A stretch of DNA of 64,000 nt, from positions 28,060-92,059 of the IMG/VR virus record IMGVR_UViG_3300025789_000028; one strand, 5' to 3'. The position numbers and the translations under genes were made by a program. Shown here one piece after another: positions 45,480-55,679 of the stretch. Origin of the DNA: a virus. Within the stretch, counting starts at the first letter, position 1. The number at the start of each line of letters is the position of its first letter. The notes beneath the pieces are model-generated. The model was given only the letters and a program-made list of their open reading frames with translations, did no database searches and had not been told where the DNA came from.

Positions 45480-46367
45480 CTATTGATTTAATCTAAATCT
45501 TATATACTCTGTTATATGATCTGCAACATCGATTTGACAATACTTTTCAAATCCACTAAAACCTGGATTACTGTTTGCTTCACATACTACAAACCCATGT
45601 TCACTAAACAACAAGTCTATGCCTGCAATGTTTAGTTCCAACACTCTTGCTGTTTCTCTAGCAAGATATTCAATTTCAGGTGTTATTTCATAATTGCTAC
45701 CAGTGCCGCCGCCAGTAATATTTGCTCTAAAGTCTCCCTCAGGAGCTGTTCTACGCATAGCACCAATAACTTTACCGCCAACAACAAACACACGCAAATC
45801 TTCACCGGGTTTGGCTCCCATGTATTCTTGCACAATCATTGTTTTCTTTGCGCCGAGTGTATCAATGAACTCCATTAACTTTTTATAGTCACGTTTCTTT
45901 TCGCACAGATAAACACCTTCACCATAACTACCAGTAACAAGTTTAACTACACAAGGGAAACCAATATGTTTTTCTACTAAACCATCATCAATGGGATAGC
46001 GCACCATCATTGTCTTTGGAATTGCAATTTTATTTGCAGCAAGAATTTGACCTGTTCTTAATTTGTCTCTAACAATGTTAATTGGTTTACTTGGATTAAC
46101 ACAAGGTACTCCCATTTCTTCAAATTGACGAATGATTGCTAACTGAAAGGGCAATATACCTGCACCTATTCTAGTCAATACTAAGTCAGGCTTGTCAAAG
46201 TCTTGTCCTTTATACTTAACTGATTGAGTTAAATCTTGACTGACAACAATGTCAAAGTCGTCAGGATGTCCTACCACTGCTTGAATATTTTTATTTGCAA
46301 AACTTTCAACCAATCGGTTAGTTTCGTATTCGTTTCGTTCTACTTTAGATAGTATTAATACTGTCAT
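45480..46367 (-). CDS. RimK-family ATP-grasp ligase
   Basis: RDK, GSYGEGV, VQEY, DLRV.VVG, FRANI..GG, GIDLL, EANS.PG. Confidence 0.92.
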   Translation of the reverse strand: MTVLILSKVERNEYETNRLVESFANKNIQAVVGHPDDFDIVVSQDLTQSVKYKGQDFDKPDLVLTRIGAGILPFQLAIIRQFEEMGVPCVNPSKPINIVRDKLRTGQILAANKIAIPKTMMVRYPIDDGLVEKHIGFPCVVKLVTGSYGEGVYLCEKKRDYKKLMEFIDTLGAKKTMIVQEYMGAKPGEDLRVFVVGGKVIGAMRRTAPEGDFRANITGGGTGSNYEITPEIEYLARETARVLELNIAGIDLLFSEHGFVVCEANSNPGFSGFEKYCQIDVADHITEYIRFRLNQ

Positions 46368-47118
46368 CTTTCTCTTTCGTCCAAGTTACTATTTCCCAAT
46401 TACCATTGTGATGCTCAACTAGGGCGGTCATACTTTCAACCCAATCACCATCGTTCATATACACTATATTATCTACTGTTTTTATTTCAGCATGATGAAT
46501 ATGTCCACAAATTACTCCGTCATATCCACGTTTCTTACAATAGGCTACTAGATTTTTTTCAAATTGAAAAATAAAGTCTACTGCTTTCTTTACTCTTCCT
46601 TTGAGATATTTACTAAGACTAAAGTACCCAAAGCCCATACGATGACGTATCCAATTGTATTTACTATTAAACGAAAGAATGAAATCATATGCCTTATCTC
46701 CTAAAAATGCTAGCCAAGGGGCTAATCTAGTGATGCCGTCAAACATATCACCATGAACAACCAAATAATGTTTATTGTCTATACCTATGTGTTCAGTTTG
46801 GTTAACTATTTCAATCATACCAAAACCAATACCATACGGTATTAACGGTCTCAAGAATTCATCATGATTACCAGCAACATATATAACACGTGTGCCACGC
46901 TTTGCATGACCCATTACTCTACGCACTACGTTGGTGTGGCTTTGTTTCCAACGCCATTTGTTTTGTTGTATGCGCCAGGCATCAATGATATCACCCACCA
47001 TATACAATGTATCGCAGGTGTTATGCTTCAAGAAATTGTTTAGTGCGTCTGCTTTACAATCTTTTGTACCCAAATGGACATCTGAGATGAAAATGGCGCG
47101 ATATGTATGCTTTGACAT
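46345..47118 (-). CDS. LpxH-like metallophosphoesterase
   Basis: SDVHLG, GDIID, GNHD, HGD, CGHIH, NDGDWVES. Confidence 0.88.
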   Translation of the reverse strand: MSKHTYRAIFISDVHLGTKDCKADALNNFLKHNTCDTLYMVGDIIDAWRIQQNKWRWKQSHTNVVRRVMGHAKRGTRVIYVAGNHDEFLRPLIPYGIGFGMIEIVNQTEHIGIDNKHYLVVHGDMFDGITRLAPWLAFLGDKAYDFILSFNSKYNWIRHRMGFGYFSLSKYLKGRVKKAVDFIFQFEKNLVAYCKKRGYDGVICGHIHHAEIKTVDNIVYMNDGDWVESMTALVEHHNGNWEIVTWTKEKDDSINTI

Positions 47119-47155
47119 ACATATATTTATTGAAAGTTATGTGACTTTTATATGA

Positions 47156-47452
47156 CTATTCGCTAGGAGGCAGACCATTACTATGACGGTCGGTGACTTT
47201 ATCAGTGTCTTGATAAAATCTTTTTTCTTGTGTAGTCAGTTTGTCTTTGTGTGTCTTGCGAGGATTACCGCACAGCATACAGCCTGGTTGACCGCAATCC
47301 ATTGCATGATGCTTTACTAATCGATGGGGTTGTTTTAACTTTTTATCATTAGCCGATGCATGTGACTTTGCAATCTTCAATTGTTTTTTTATTGTTAATT
47401 CGTCACGGAAACGGCGAATGCTATTTAAGTATTTTGCTAAATCATTAGCCAT
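47156..47452 (-). CDS. basic hypothetical protein with C-x4-CxxC motif
   Basis: DCGQPGCMLCGNPRK. Confidence 0.7.
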   Translation of the reverse strand: MANDLAKYLNSIRRFRDELTIKKQLKIAKSHASANDKKLKQPHRLVKHHAMDCGQPGCMLCGNPRKTHKDKLTTQEKRFYQDTDKVTDRHSNGLPPSE

Positions 47453-47828
47453 TGTTTTTCTTTCGGTAATCTTCTATCGCGGCTTTGATTGCGTCTTCTG
47501 CGAGGATTGAGCAATGTATTTTGACTGGGGGGAGAGACAATTCTTCTGCGATTGCTGAGTTCTTGATATTTGCTGCTTCATCCAAGGTGCGCCCCTTAAC
47601 CCACTCTGTGATAAGACTGCTTGAAGCAATTGCTGACCCGCACCCATACGTTTTAAATTTAGCATCTTCGATAACTCCCTGTTCATTTACTTTGATTTGA
47701 AGTTTCATTACATCGCCACATGCAGGGGCACCTACCATACCTGTACCAATGTTAGTATCATCTTTACTAAAGCTACCAACGTTTCTTGGGTTTTCGTAAT
47801 GATCAATTACTTGTTGACTGTATGCCAT
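47445..47828 (-). CDS. iscU: Fe-S cluster scaffold IscU
   Basis: HYENPRNVG, GAPACGDVM, GCGSAIASSS, LPPVKIHCS. Confidence 0.97.
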   Translation of the reverse strand: MAYSQQVIDHYENPRNVGSFSKDDTNIGTGMVGAPACGDVMKLQIKVNEQGVIEDAKFKTYGCGSAIASSSLITEWVKGRTLDEAANIKNSAIAEELSLPPVKIHCSILAEDAIKAAIEDYRKKNNG

Positions 47829-47845
47829 AATTAGTCCTTCTTGTA

Positions 47846-48385
47846 CTATTTATCATAATTTTGTTCGTCAACAACTAACCATCCCAACTTAAGCAAGTCT
47901 TCACGAATTTCTTCAGTTACTACGCTTTCGGGAACATAATCATTTGCTTGATGTGATGATAATCCGTAACCATCTTCTTTGCTACCTATACCTGAGCAGT
48001 ACCAATCGATGTAATCTCCTTGCTGTCTCATATCTGCAATGATGCCACCAGCATGTCTCCAACTACAACTCCAAGTTTCTTCTTTAAGAATAGGCCAAAC
48101 ATCATTTCGCATGAAGTCGTTGTTACACATCGCCGCATATAAGTGTTGAGCATAACTTTCCGAACTACGAACTTTTTCTAATATCCAATCAGTAGTTCTC
48201 AAATCATATTCTAAGTTATTAGTTTGCCATTGAAGGTCTGCTTCTTTTTTAATATCATCTTCTTTGTAACTTGTGTATAGATCGATGTAGTCAGTTCTAG
48301 GTTCTACGGCCTGACCTTCACAACGTTGTAAATATTTTTCTAAAAGAAAAGTATGACGCTCGGGGCTTTTAGATATCTCTGTCAT
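47846..48385 (-). CDS. hypothetical phage protein
   Basis: LYAAMCNN...WSCSWR...DYIDWYCSG. Confidence 0.75.
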   Translation of the reverse strand: MTEISKSPERHTFLLEKYLQRCEGQAVEPRTDYIDLYTSYKEDDIKKEADLQWQTNNLEYDLRTTDWILEKVRSSESYAQHLYAAMCNNDFMRNDVWPILKEETWSCSWRHAGGIIADMRQQGDYIDWYCSGIGSKEDGYGLSSHQANDYVPESVVTEEIREDLLKLGWLVVDEQNYDK

Positions 48386-48854
48386 CTGTTATCTCCATCC
48401 ATGTATGATCACCCATGTATTTAACTTGGGTCATATAATCATAGTTTTTTGGTTTGCCGGTTGACCAATCATTAGGTCCTAATGATACTAATAATGTTTT
48501 ATTCTTTCTGTTATCCCACACTAACCAATAAGACTGGCCCATTACAATTTGAAACTGATATTCTGCGGCGTAGACCATATCGGTTACATCTAGTCTACGC
48601 TTGATATCACTTGCTTGTTTTTGTAATACAGTAACTAACTCCATGATACGATCATATTCTTGCTGGGCATACATCCTAGCATGATTAATCATTATATCTT
48701 TTTGTTTAGTGACTGGCACTAAATCAAATTTAGGCCCCCCTGCTTCCGTAGGATAGGGGGTTACATTTCTGTTAAAAAAGTTAACTAAATTGTTGCCAAG
48801 GGTAGCATCATAGCTATCCTTGCCCTTGGCACTGTTACTCTTGGGTGTGTCCAT
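48369..48854 (-). CDS. DUF2452-like protein
   Basis: EYDRI.E...LQKQ...AEYQFQ..G..Y..GP.DW...DHTW. Confidence 0.7.
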   Translation of the reverse strand: MDTPKSNSAKGKDSYDATLGNNLVNFFNRNVTPYPTEAGGPKFDLVPVTKQKDIMINHARMYAQQEYDRIMELVTVLQKQASDIKRRLDVTDMVYAAEYQFQIVMGQSYWLVWDNRKNKTLLVSLGPNDWSTGKPKNYDYMTQVKYMGDHTWMEITDDRDI

Positions 48855-49956
48855 TGCACGAATCAAAGAGGTCAATCTTTTCCCACGGGAGATAGGACTT
48901 ACCAAAGTGTCCGTAGTTTGTAGTAGAACTATAAATAGGTCTAAACAAATCAAACTTATCAATGATACCCTTAGGAGTCAAATCAACATTTTTGATAAGC
49001 CAATCTGTCAAGTCTCTACTATTTTCACTGCTTTCAACATACACACTCATGGGCTGTGACATACCAATAGCATAACTCAATTGAACTGTTGCCCAATCAC
49101 TACGTCCTGATGCAACAATATTCTTAGCAAGATAACGTGCCATATATGCCGCACTACGGTCTACTTTAGTGGGGTCTTTTCCTGAGAATGCTCCTCCACC
49201 ATGTGGGCTATAACCACCGTAAGTATCAACAATAATTTTTCTGCCAGTAAGACCAGTGTCACCATCAGGCCCCCCAATAACAAAGCGACCGGTAGGGTTG
49301 ATAAAAAATTCTGTAGTGTCATCAACTAACTCCTTAGGTAAAATATCTCTAATGAAAGATTCTACATTTTGTCGTACAAAGTCAATAGTCACATCAGCCG
49401 AATGTTGTGTAGAGCAAACAACTTTAGCAACACGCTTAACGGTTGAATCATCATTATACTCCATTGTCACTTGGCTTTTAGCATCAGGACCCAACCAAGT
49501 TACGCCGTTTTTGCGTGTAGTTGACAATCCTTGAACAATCTTATGACTCCAATAAATTGCTGAAGGCATATAGTCTTCGGTTTCTTTACAAGCATAACCA
49601 AACATTAAACCTTGATCACCTGCACCAAATGTGTCAGTACCCAATGCAATATCAGCACTTTGCCCATGTAACAAGTTAGCAATATTTAACGTTTGCCAAT
49701 GAAAGCCTTCTTGTTCGTAGCCAATGTTCTTAACTACCTTTCTTACTAGATACTCTAAATCCAAGTCGTCCATAGTAGGACCTTTGTACTCTCCTGCTAC
49801 AACAACTTGATTAGTAGTAACTAGTGTTTCGCAAGCGCAACGAAATGCAGAATTGTTATGCGACATAAACGCATCTAAAACTGCATCACTAATTGCATCT
49901 GCTACCTTATCTGGGTGTCCCTCTGCGACACTCTCGCTTGTAAAATAATATGACAA
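48835..49956 (-). CDS. metK: S-adenosylmethionine synthetase
   Basis: FTSESVAEGHPDK, GAGDQG, GGGAFSGKD.TKVDRS. Confidence 0.97.
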   Translation of the reverse strand: MSYYFTSESVAEGHPDKVADAISDAVLDAFMSHNNSAFRCACETLVTTNQVVVAGEYKGPTMDDLDLEYLVRKVVKNIGYEQEGFHWQTLNIANLLHGQSADIALGTDTFGAGDQGLMFGYACKETEDYMPSAIYWSHKIVQGLSTTRKNGVTWLGPDAKSQVTMEYNDDSTVKRVAKVVCSTQHSADVTIDFVRQNVESFIRDILPKELVDDTTEFFINPTGRFVIGGPDGDTGLTGRKIIVDTYGGYSPHGGGAFSGKDPTKVDRSAAYMARYLAKNIVASGRSDWATVQLSYAIGMSQPMSVYVESSENSRDLTDWLIKNVDLTPKGIIDKFDLFRPIYSSTTNYGHFGKSYLPWEKIDLFDSCNGHTQE

Positions 49957-49966
49957 AAAGTTTTCC

Positions 49967-50290
49967 TTACTTAAAAAATATCAGAGCCATGACAGCAGAC
50001 TGTGCCATGAACCCCAATCCGATTGTGATTAGATTTAAACTATCACGTTGAATGATTGCCTTCATAAAGAATAATCCCAATGCAGACCACACAATCAGTA
50101 CCATTTCGATAGGGGGCATAGTATCTGTAATGCCCAACATCAATCCAATTAGATTAGGTGCAGTGACTGCAAGCAAACACAACACTGCCATCCAATGGAT
50201 AGTTCCAGCAGAAAGATGTGTAATCTTTTCTTTGAAATCATGTCCTATATCTTTAAAATATTTCATAATATTTTCTTTAATGCTTGTCAT
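49967..50290 (-). CDS. membrane protein
   Basis: three hydrophobic helices. Confidence 0.7.
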   Translation of the reverse strand: MTSIKENIMKYFKDIGHDFKEKITHLSAGTIHWMAVLCLLAVTAPNLIGLMLGITDTMPPIEMVLIVWSALGLFFMKAIIQRDSLNLITIGLGFMAQSAVMALIFFK

Positions 50291-50293
50291 AAC

Positions 50294-50842
50294 TTAATCT
50301 CCTCTTTTTGGATCGTTGTAAAAAATATGTCTACCGATTTGTGTTGCTTTAGGATACTTCCAATTTGGATTAATGTAATCAGCATGATAGTATAATGCAT
50401 GATTTAATCCATCAAGTCTAAATCCTTCTAAATAAACCTTCTTAGCAACTGCATAACTTTCGTCATACGATTTTTGATTAGTTGGTTTAAACTTTGTAAC
50501 ACCATCGCAATACCATGAAAATTGACAAACTATTTTGTCCATAATGAAGTCTTTTTGATGGACTACACTACAAATGTCTTTGGGGAATCTAGGATCACTA
50601 ACACGATTTAATGTGACTTGTGCTACGCCTACTTTTCCTTCAAACGGTTCGTTTCCTGCTTCACGATAAATGTTCATTGCTAAACAATTTAATCTTTGCT
50701 CTACTACTTTTACAGACGGATTATCATAACTAACATCTTGGTCTTTATAAAAGTGCATCTTATAAGTTGTAATATGAGTTAATAAAAATGCAACTAGAAA
50801 TAATCCAATTACATGATATAACCAATTTATCGACTTTTCCAT
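50294..50842 (-). CDS. SleB/Hydrolase_2 cell-wall hydrolase
   Basis: CLAMNIYREA.NE, VAQVTLNRV, CQFSW, IGRHIFY. Confidence 0.9.
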   Translation of the reverse strand: MEKSINWLYHVIGLFLVAFLLTHITTYKMHFYKDQDVSYDNPSVKVVEQRLNCLAMNIYREAGNEPFEGKVGVAQVTLNRVSDPRFPKDICSVVHQKDFIMDKIVCQFSWYCDGVTKFKPTNQKSYDESYAVAKKVYLEGFRLDGLNHALYYHADYINPNWKYPKATQIGRHIFYNDPKRGD

Positions 50843-50934
50843 TTCATTCTCCTTTCTGCCGATTGTTGATCGGTCATAGGTTAAACAACGATTACTGTAA
50901 CACAGGCTGGTATGCATTACAAGTAGTTTGGGTA

Positions 50935-53901
50935 TCAATGTACCCAGCAATCGCAGTTACATGCTATGACTTGCTCTATCGCAGCCGAAATACTAGGCGA
51001 TGCTGGTAATAACGTGCTACTTGTGTAGTTAGGATCCAAATTAGGGGGTAAATTATTTGGATTTAACTCTGACGGTACTTGTATGATCAATACAGGATTT
51101 ACTACTGGAGTTACTGTAGGACCTGACGGTACTAGGGGGTTTACAACAGGATTATTAGTCCCGTTGAGAATTGGGGTAATATCCCCGGGTTGAACTGATG
51201 TTGCATTGTTAGTTGGCGTAGTAACAGTAGGTAGAAAACCAGTGGTATTACTAGTCGGTGTGTATTTTACATTTGCATTAACAATACCCGTAGAAGGTAC
51301 ATAAACTCCTTTAGGTATCGGTACTGTATTACCTGTTGCTGAACTAGTAGAGCTATTAGTAGGCCATGAAGGATTAGTGTATGTATTACCGTTTGGACTT
51401 AGTATACCTACTCCTGACGTTGGTATTGTACCGTTAGTTGTTAATGTTTTTACATCTGACACACTCAATGTGTCAGGAATATTATTGTCAGGACCAATAC
51501 CCAATGATTGCATTCTTGCCTGATTGCGCTCTTGTCTTCCCTGTCCAATTAAACTTTGACCACCTGTTGTATTGGTGTTACTAATTGCTTCAAGTGTTTG
51601 CGCTGACATATGAGGTTTAGTGTCTTGTGCAAATGTAGGCACACTATCTACGAATGTATAAAGTGTTGTTGGGTAAACGTTTGTAAAATAATTTTTTGGA
51701 ACTTGTACTGGACTAAGTCCGGTATATCTTGCACGTTGTTCGGTTTTCAACTGCACCCCGGCTTGGTTGTAATAAGTGTTTAGATATACTGATGAATTGA
51801 TATTGTTTTGTTGAATAGTAGCAATTTCTGCATTTGCTTGGTCAATATAATTTTGCACGACCGAATTCATCGGACTAGACCAACCTGTTGTACCTGCACT
51901 GGTATTTGTTCCACCTGATGTTGACGTCGGTGGACATTCAATGGTTACTGTGGGCACTGAGGTAGTATCTGGTCCTGAACTAGTTAACGACACAGAAGTA
52001 ACTCTGCCGTATGATCCACCACCATTTGATTGTGCTTGACTATCATCAATACCAATGGTTGATACTGCGGTTCCTCCATTACTAATAGTAATAACTGGAG
52101 CAGGGGCATTACCTCTTCCATATCCGCCGCCAGGGTTAGTAAGTGTAACACCAGTTACGTGATAATACGTTAAAAAGTCTGGACTAGGCCCTGTGTATGT
52201 TGTATACTGAATTGTTACTGCGGCAGCTTGCCATGTTACTGCTAAGAATAATTGTTGATAGATATAACTTAGATTAGGAGTTGCAAGTTGATTAATTCTT
52301 TCTTGCATTAATTGCCAAGGATAAGGTAGACCTGACATGCATCCAAAGAAATCTGAATAAGTGTATGTACCATTTGGTCCTGTACCTAATGCACATATTC
52401 CTGTACCTGCATTTGCTAAACTTGTATTTGTTGGTAAACTAGTACCATTGGTCAAAGGTAAATCGTTTGTATTTTCAATACCCTGAACTACTCTGGCAAA
52501 CTTTTGAAAGTTAAAATACTGAATGTTTTTAATCTGTCTCATTGCAATACTAAACGCTCCACAGGCAACTGCTTGATCAGCAGGTATAATGTTATCTAAG
52601 TACGACCCAAAGCCAGTGGGCAATACGTTATAGTTATTAGGGTTAAGCGTTTTGTTTGTTGTTTGAGGAGTACCTGTTGGTAATTGTGTTCCTACATAAC
52701 TCTTGATAGCAGGAGTGTTCAATGCATTGTTGAGACTACCATTACTGTAAATCAAATAATATGTTTTACTATTAGTAGGCAAGCCTTGCTCTGCGTTATA
52801 TACGGGAACAGTCAATGATGTATAACTATTCGGGAATAAGTATACTGGATTCAATAAGTCTGCTAATGAATTAAATCCTGTAGTATTACATTGAAGCGGG
52901 GCTAATACATGTTGTAAGTTTTCACCAGTGATGATTAAAAATGCACCATATATCTGTTGCTCTTGCTGTGCTGAAATGTTTTGTGCAGGACCAGTAGTAA
53001 TTGCAGCAACATCAGTGCTAGATAATCCGGTGGCAATTAATGCCAAACTCAAGTCTTGCGTAACTGCATTGTTCTTACCTAAATTTCTTAATAAGTTACT
53101 AGGTAATCCAAACGTAGCAATATCATTAAGATTAATTACTTTACCTAAATTGATACAGTCTGTGCCAAAATAATAACATGATAGTGTGACCCCAGAAATG
53201 TCTGCACTAATCAAGTCATCCATGTTACTGTAAACACCATCTAAGAATGTTTTACTATTATTCATTGCTGTGATGGCTTGATTAGAATAATTAATAAAAC
53301 CACTTGCACTCATGAATGATGCACAAAATTCGTTGTATTGAGGTACAGATTGTGATACACTATTACCATTCCAATTAAATTCATTCCATGCTTGTAGTGC
53401 ATGTAATCTAATATAACCCCACTGAGTTACACTTTTGTTTGGATTAGTAGTATCATAAGGCAACCAACTAGCATCTTGCCCTTGATCTTGATTGCCATAT
53501 GAGACTGGATAGCCGGATGTTGCTGGGGCAGGCATTGCAGGGCTTACACCATTTGCGGTAGCAGTTGCAACTGCGGTAGTAGTCCAGACACCTGCAGGGT
53601 CTTCAACAATATATGTAGGTGGTTTACTATTACCCAATGCAGGTATTGTGTTTGCACCTATAGATACAAGATGGTTATATGTTGTGTCAGTTAGTAGCCC
53701 ACGCAAATAGCCATCATTGATGGCCCAAGTTAACATTCTTAATACTGTGGTTTGAACAATGCTACCAAAACTATAATCAGTATTGGTTTTGCTTGCGCCC
53801 ATGTAACTAGCAGCCACAGGATTAATAGTTAGGCCAGTATTTTGTAATACTGATCCTAATACATTAACTCCTAAGGGACTTTGTTTTCCTGTATCTGCCA
53901 T
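50935..53901 (-). CDS. large putative virion structural protein
   Basis: 988 aa, Thr/Asn/Ser-rich, next to the PAAR gene. Confidence 0.65.
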   Translation of the reverse strand: MADTGKQSPLGVNVLGSVLQNTGLTINPVAASYMGASKTNTDYSFGSIVQTTVLRMLTWAINDGYLRGLLTDTTYNHLVSIGANTIPALGNSKPPTYIVEDPAGVWTTTAVATATANGVSPAMPAPATSGYPVSYGNQDQGQDASWLPYDTTNPNKSVTQWGYIRLHALQAWNEFNWNGNSVSQSVPQYNEFCASFMSASGFINYSNQAITAMNNSKTFLDGVYSNMDDLISADISGVTLSCYYFGTDCINLGKVINLNDIATFGLPSNLLRNLGKNNAVTQDLSLALIATGLSSTDVAAITTGPAQNISAQQEQQIYGAFLIITGENLQHVLAPLQCNTTGFNSLADLLNPVYLFPNSYTSLTVPVYNAEQGLPTNSKTYYLIYSNGSLNNALNTPAIKSYVGTQLPTGTPQTTNKTLNPNNYNVLPTGFGSYLDNIIPADQAVACGAFSIAMRQIKNIQYFNFQKFARVVQGIENTNDLPLTNGTSLPTNTSLANAGTGICALGTGPNGTYTYSDFFGCMSGLPYPWQLMQERINQLATPNLSYIYQQLFLAVTWQAAAVTIQYTTYTGPSPDFLTYYHVTGVTLTNPGGGYGRGNAPAPVITISNGGTAVSTIGIDDSQAQSNGGGSYGRVTSVSLTSSGPDTTSVPTVTIECPPTSTSGGTNTSAGTTGWSSPMNSVVQNYIDQANAEIATIQQNNINSSVYLNTYYNQAGVQLKTEQRARYTGLSPVQVPKNYFTNVYPTTLYTFVDSVPTFAQDTKPHMSAQTLEAISNTNTTGGQSLIGQGRQERNQARMQSLGIGPDNNIPDTLSVSDVKTLTTNGTIPTSGVGILSPNGNTYTNPSWPTNSSTSSATGNTVPIPKGVYVPSTGIVNANVKYTPTSNTTGFLPTVTTPTNNATSVQPGDITPILNGTNNPVVNPLVPSGPTVTPVVNPVLIIQVPSELNPNNLPPNLDPNYTSSTLLPASPSISAAIEQVIACNCDCWVH

Positions 53902-53910
53902 ATATTCCTT

Positions 53911-54183
53911 TTATGGACAAACAACAGTTGAACTGCCTTGTACAATGTTATGTCCACATGTAGTAGAAGAGCCAACTCTTAAGACAGGAACGCCTTCAGC
54001 AAATACTGAAGGGCTACCTTCAGTAGTTTTTGCAGAATTATGCGGGCCTTTGTGATTAGGGTGTGGAGTGATATCACTCACATGCAATCCCACCGCAATA
54101 CTATCTGCAAATACTGTGCCGGCACCACGAATAATCTGTCCGCCAACAGCATTTTGATCACCTTTCCTACTCAACTGTGCCAT
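53911..54183 (-). CDS. PAAR-like baseplate spike tip
   Basis: SRKGD...GSPSVFAEG.P..RVG...CGH.I..GS..V. Confidence 0.85.
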   Translation of the reverse strand: MAQLSRKGDQNAVGGQIIRGAGTVFADSIAVGLHVSDITPHPNHKGPHNSAKTTEGSPSVFAEGVPVLRVGSSTTCGHNIVQGSSTVVCP

Positions 54184-54186
54184 GTT

Positions 54187-54489
54187 TTATCCTAAAATTA
54201 GTTTCTTGTCAGGCACTTTAATACCTGTAGTTGCTTCAATGTACTTCATTTTGACACTATCGTCAGTAAGTACAAAAATAGCAATGCTATTAGTATTTAG
54301 TCTATATTCATTCTTGGGGTCTGCGGTAAACAAGCTAGGGACTAATCCCAAACCTTGATTTGCAGGTGCAACACTAACTGGCTCTGATACAACAATGCAT
54401 CCAGCTTCGCTAGTGTCGATTACTTTGGCGATCAATTCTTCGCCTGAGTTTAATTTAAATGAATATACTGATCCGGTTGTTAAGTTCAT
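54187..54489 (-). CDS. Sm-like fold phage protein
   Basis: FKLNSGEELIAK. Confidence 0.65.
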   Translation of the reverse strand: MNLTTGSVYSFKLNSGEELIAKVIDTSEAGCIVVSEPVSVAPANQGLGLVPSLFTADPKNEYRLNTNSIAIFVLTDDSVKMKYIEATTGIKVPDKKLILG

Positions 54490-54541
54490 GTTTTGTTTCC
54501 TTTGTAATACTTATCATAGACTAGTACTACATAAACGAAAG

Positions 54542-54766
54542 TTATGCGGCCAAACGAACTTTCAACTGATCATATCCGCCCACAAGTTCTCCGTCTAAAA
54601 AGATTTGTGGCACAGTACGTGCTGTAGGAACTGCTTCAAGTAATTCTTCTTTTGTGTAGCCATCACCGATTTTCTTTTCTTCAAAATCGATACCTTTTTG
54701 TTTCAATAATGATTTTGCCATATCACAGTATTGGCAGTTGTATTTGCTCCAAACGATTGCTTTCAT
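54542..54766 (-). CDS. glutaredoxin
   Basis: CQYC, TVPQIF, VGGYD. Confidence 0.95.
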   Translation of the reverse strand: MKAIVWSKYNCQYCDMAKSLLKQKGIDFEEKKIGDGYTKEELLEAVPTARTVPQIFLDGELVGGYDQLKVRLAA

Positions 54767-54908
54767 ATTTTTCTCCTTCTAATATATAATGGTATTGCTA
54801 ATGTTAGTATGTATCCTATAATGAAATATTCTAACGGATAGCATGGGTTAATATTCCAATTGACTATAAAAGCCAAAACATAGAATAATGTCACGTTTAA
54901 AAACCAAT

Positions 54909-55679
54909 TCATGATATTTTCCTTATATAATATTCTTCTTTGGGTTTGTTAAATTTAAAATCTGCGGGCAATTCCCAATCCCACAAACCTGTTTCAATGC
55001 GTTTCATAATTTTATCAAATATAATTTTGTTAAACTCGGGAGTAAAATGACCTGCCATTAATTCTTTGTTTTCTTCCCATATCATTTGTGAATAATCTTT
55101 AGGTAGTCCTAATAATTCAGTTTGCAAATATTGCATAGCCATCAATGACATAGGGTTTAATGTTGAATTATAACTTTTTGGAGTATCACCGAACCCTAAT
55201 CTAATAGATATTTCTTCTGACATAGAAAAACAAGGAATTATTAATACGTTGTTGTCCAACGATATAATTTTCTCTATCATCAATGATGCTACTGTTTGAT
55301 TAAACTCATCACATGATGCTAGAAACCATCCTTTAATATTATTTACTTGTTTGTCAGATATACTATTAGGTTGAGTTTTACAATATACTTCTAAACTAGA
55401 CAAACTAGGTAAAAAATTAATATGTCCATGATTTGAAACTACGGGTTTAATATATCTGCCAGGCTCTGTTACTAAGAAAACATTTAAATCATAATCAGTG
55501 TGATGTTTTATAAAATTGTTATAAGAAAAATATATCGATGATCCTGGCGCCCCGTAATTATATAATTCAGCATTATAATGCTTTTTTAATAAACTACTCC
55601 AGTGATAGTTATCCATGCCTTGATTACTTTTATCATATGCAGTATTCGCAAAACTATCACCGTATACGGCTATTTTCAT
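54909..55679 (-). CDS. SGNH-like hypothetical protein
   Basis: IAVYGDSF; C-terminal GHF. Confidence 0.6.
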   Translation of the reverse strand: MKIAVYGDSFANTAYDKSNQGMDNYHWSSLLKKHYNAELYNYGAPGSSIYFSYNNFIKHHTDYDLNVFLVTEPGRYIKPVVSNHGHINFLPSLSSLEVYCKTQPNSISDKQVNNIKGWFLASCDEFNQTVASLMIEKIISLDNNVLIIPCFSMSEEISIRLGFGDTPKSYNSTLNPMSLMAMQYLQTELLGLPKDYSQMIWEENKELMAGHFTPEFNKIIFDKIMKRIETGLWDWELPADFKFNKPKEEYYIRKIS

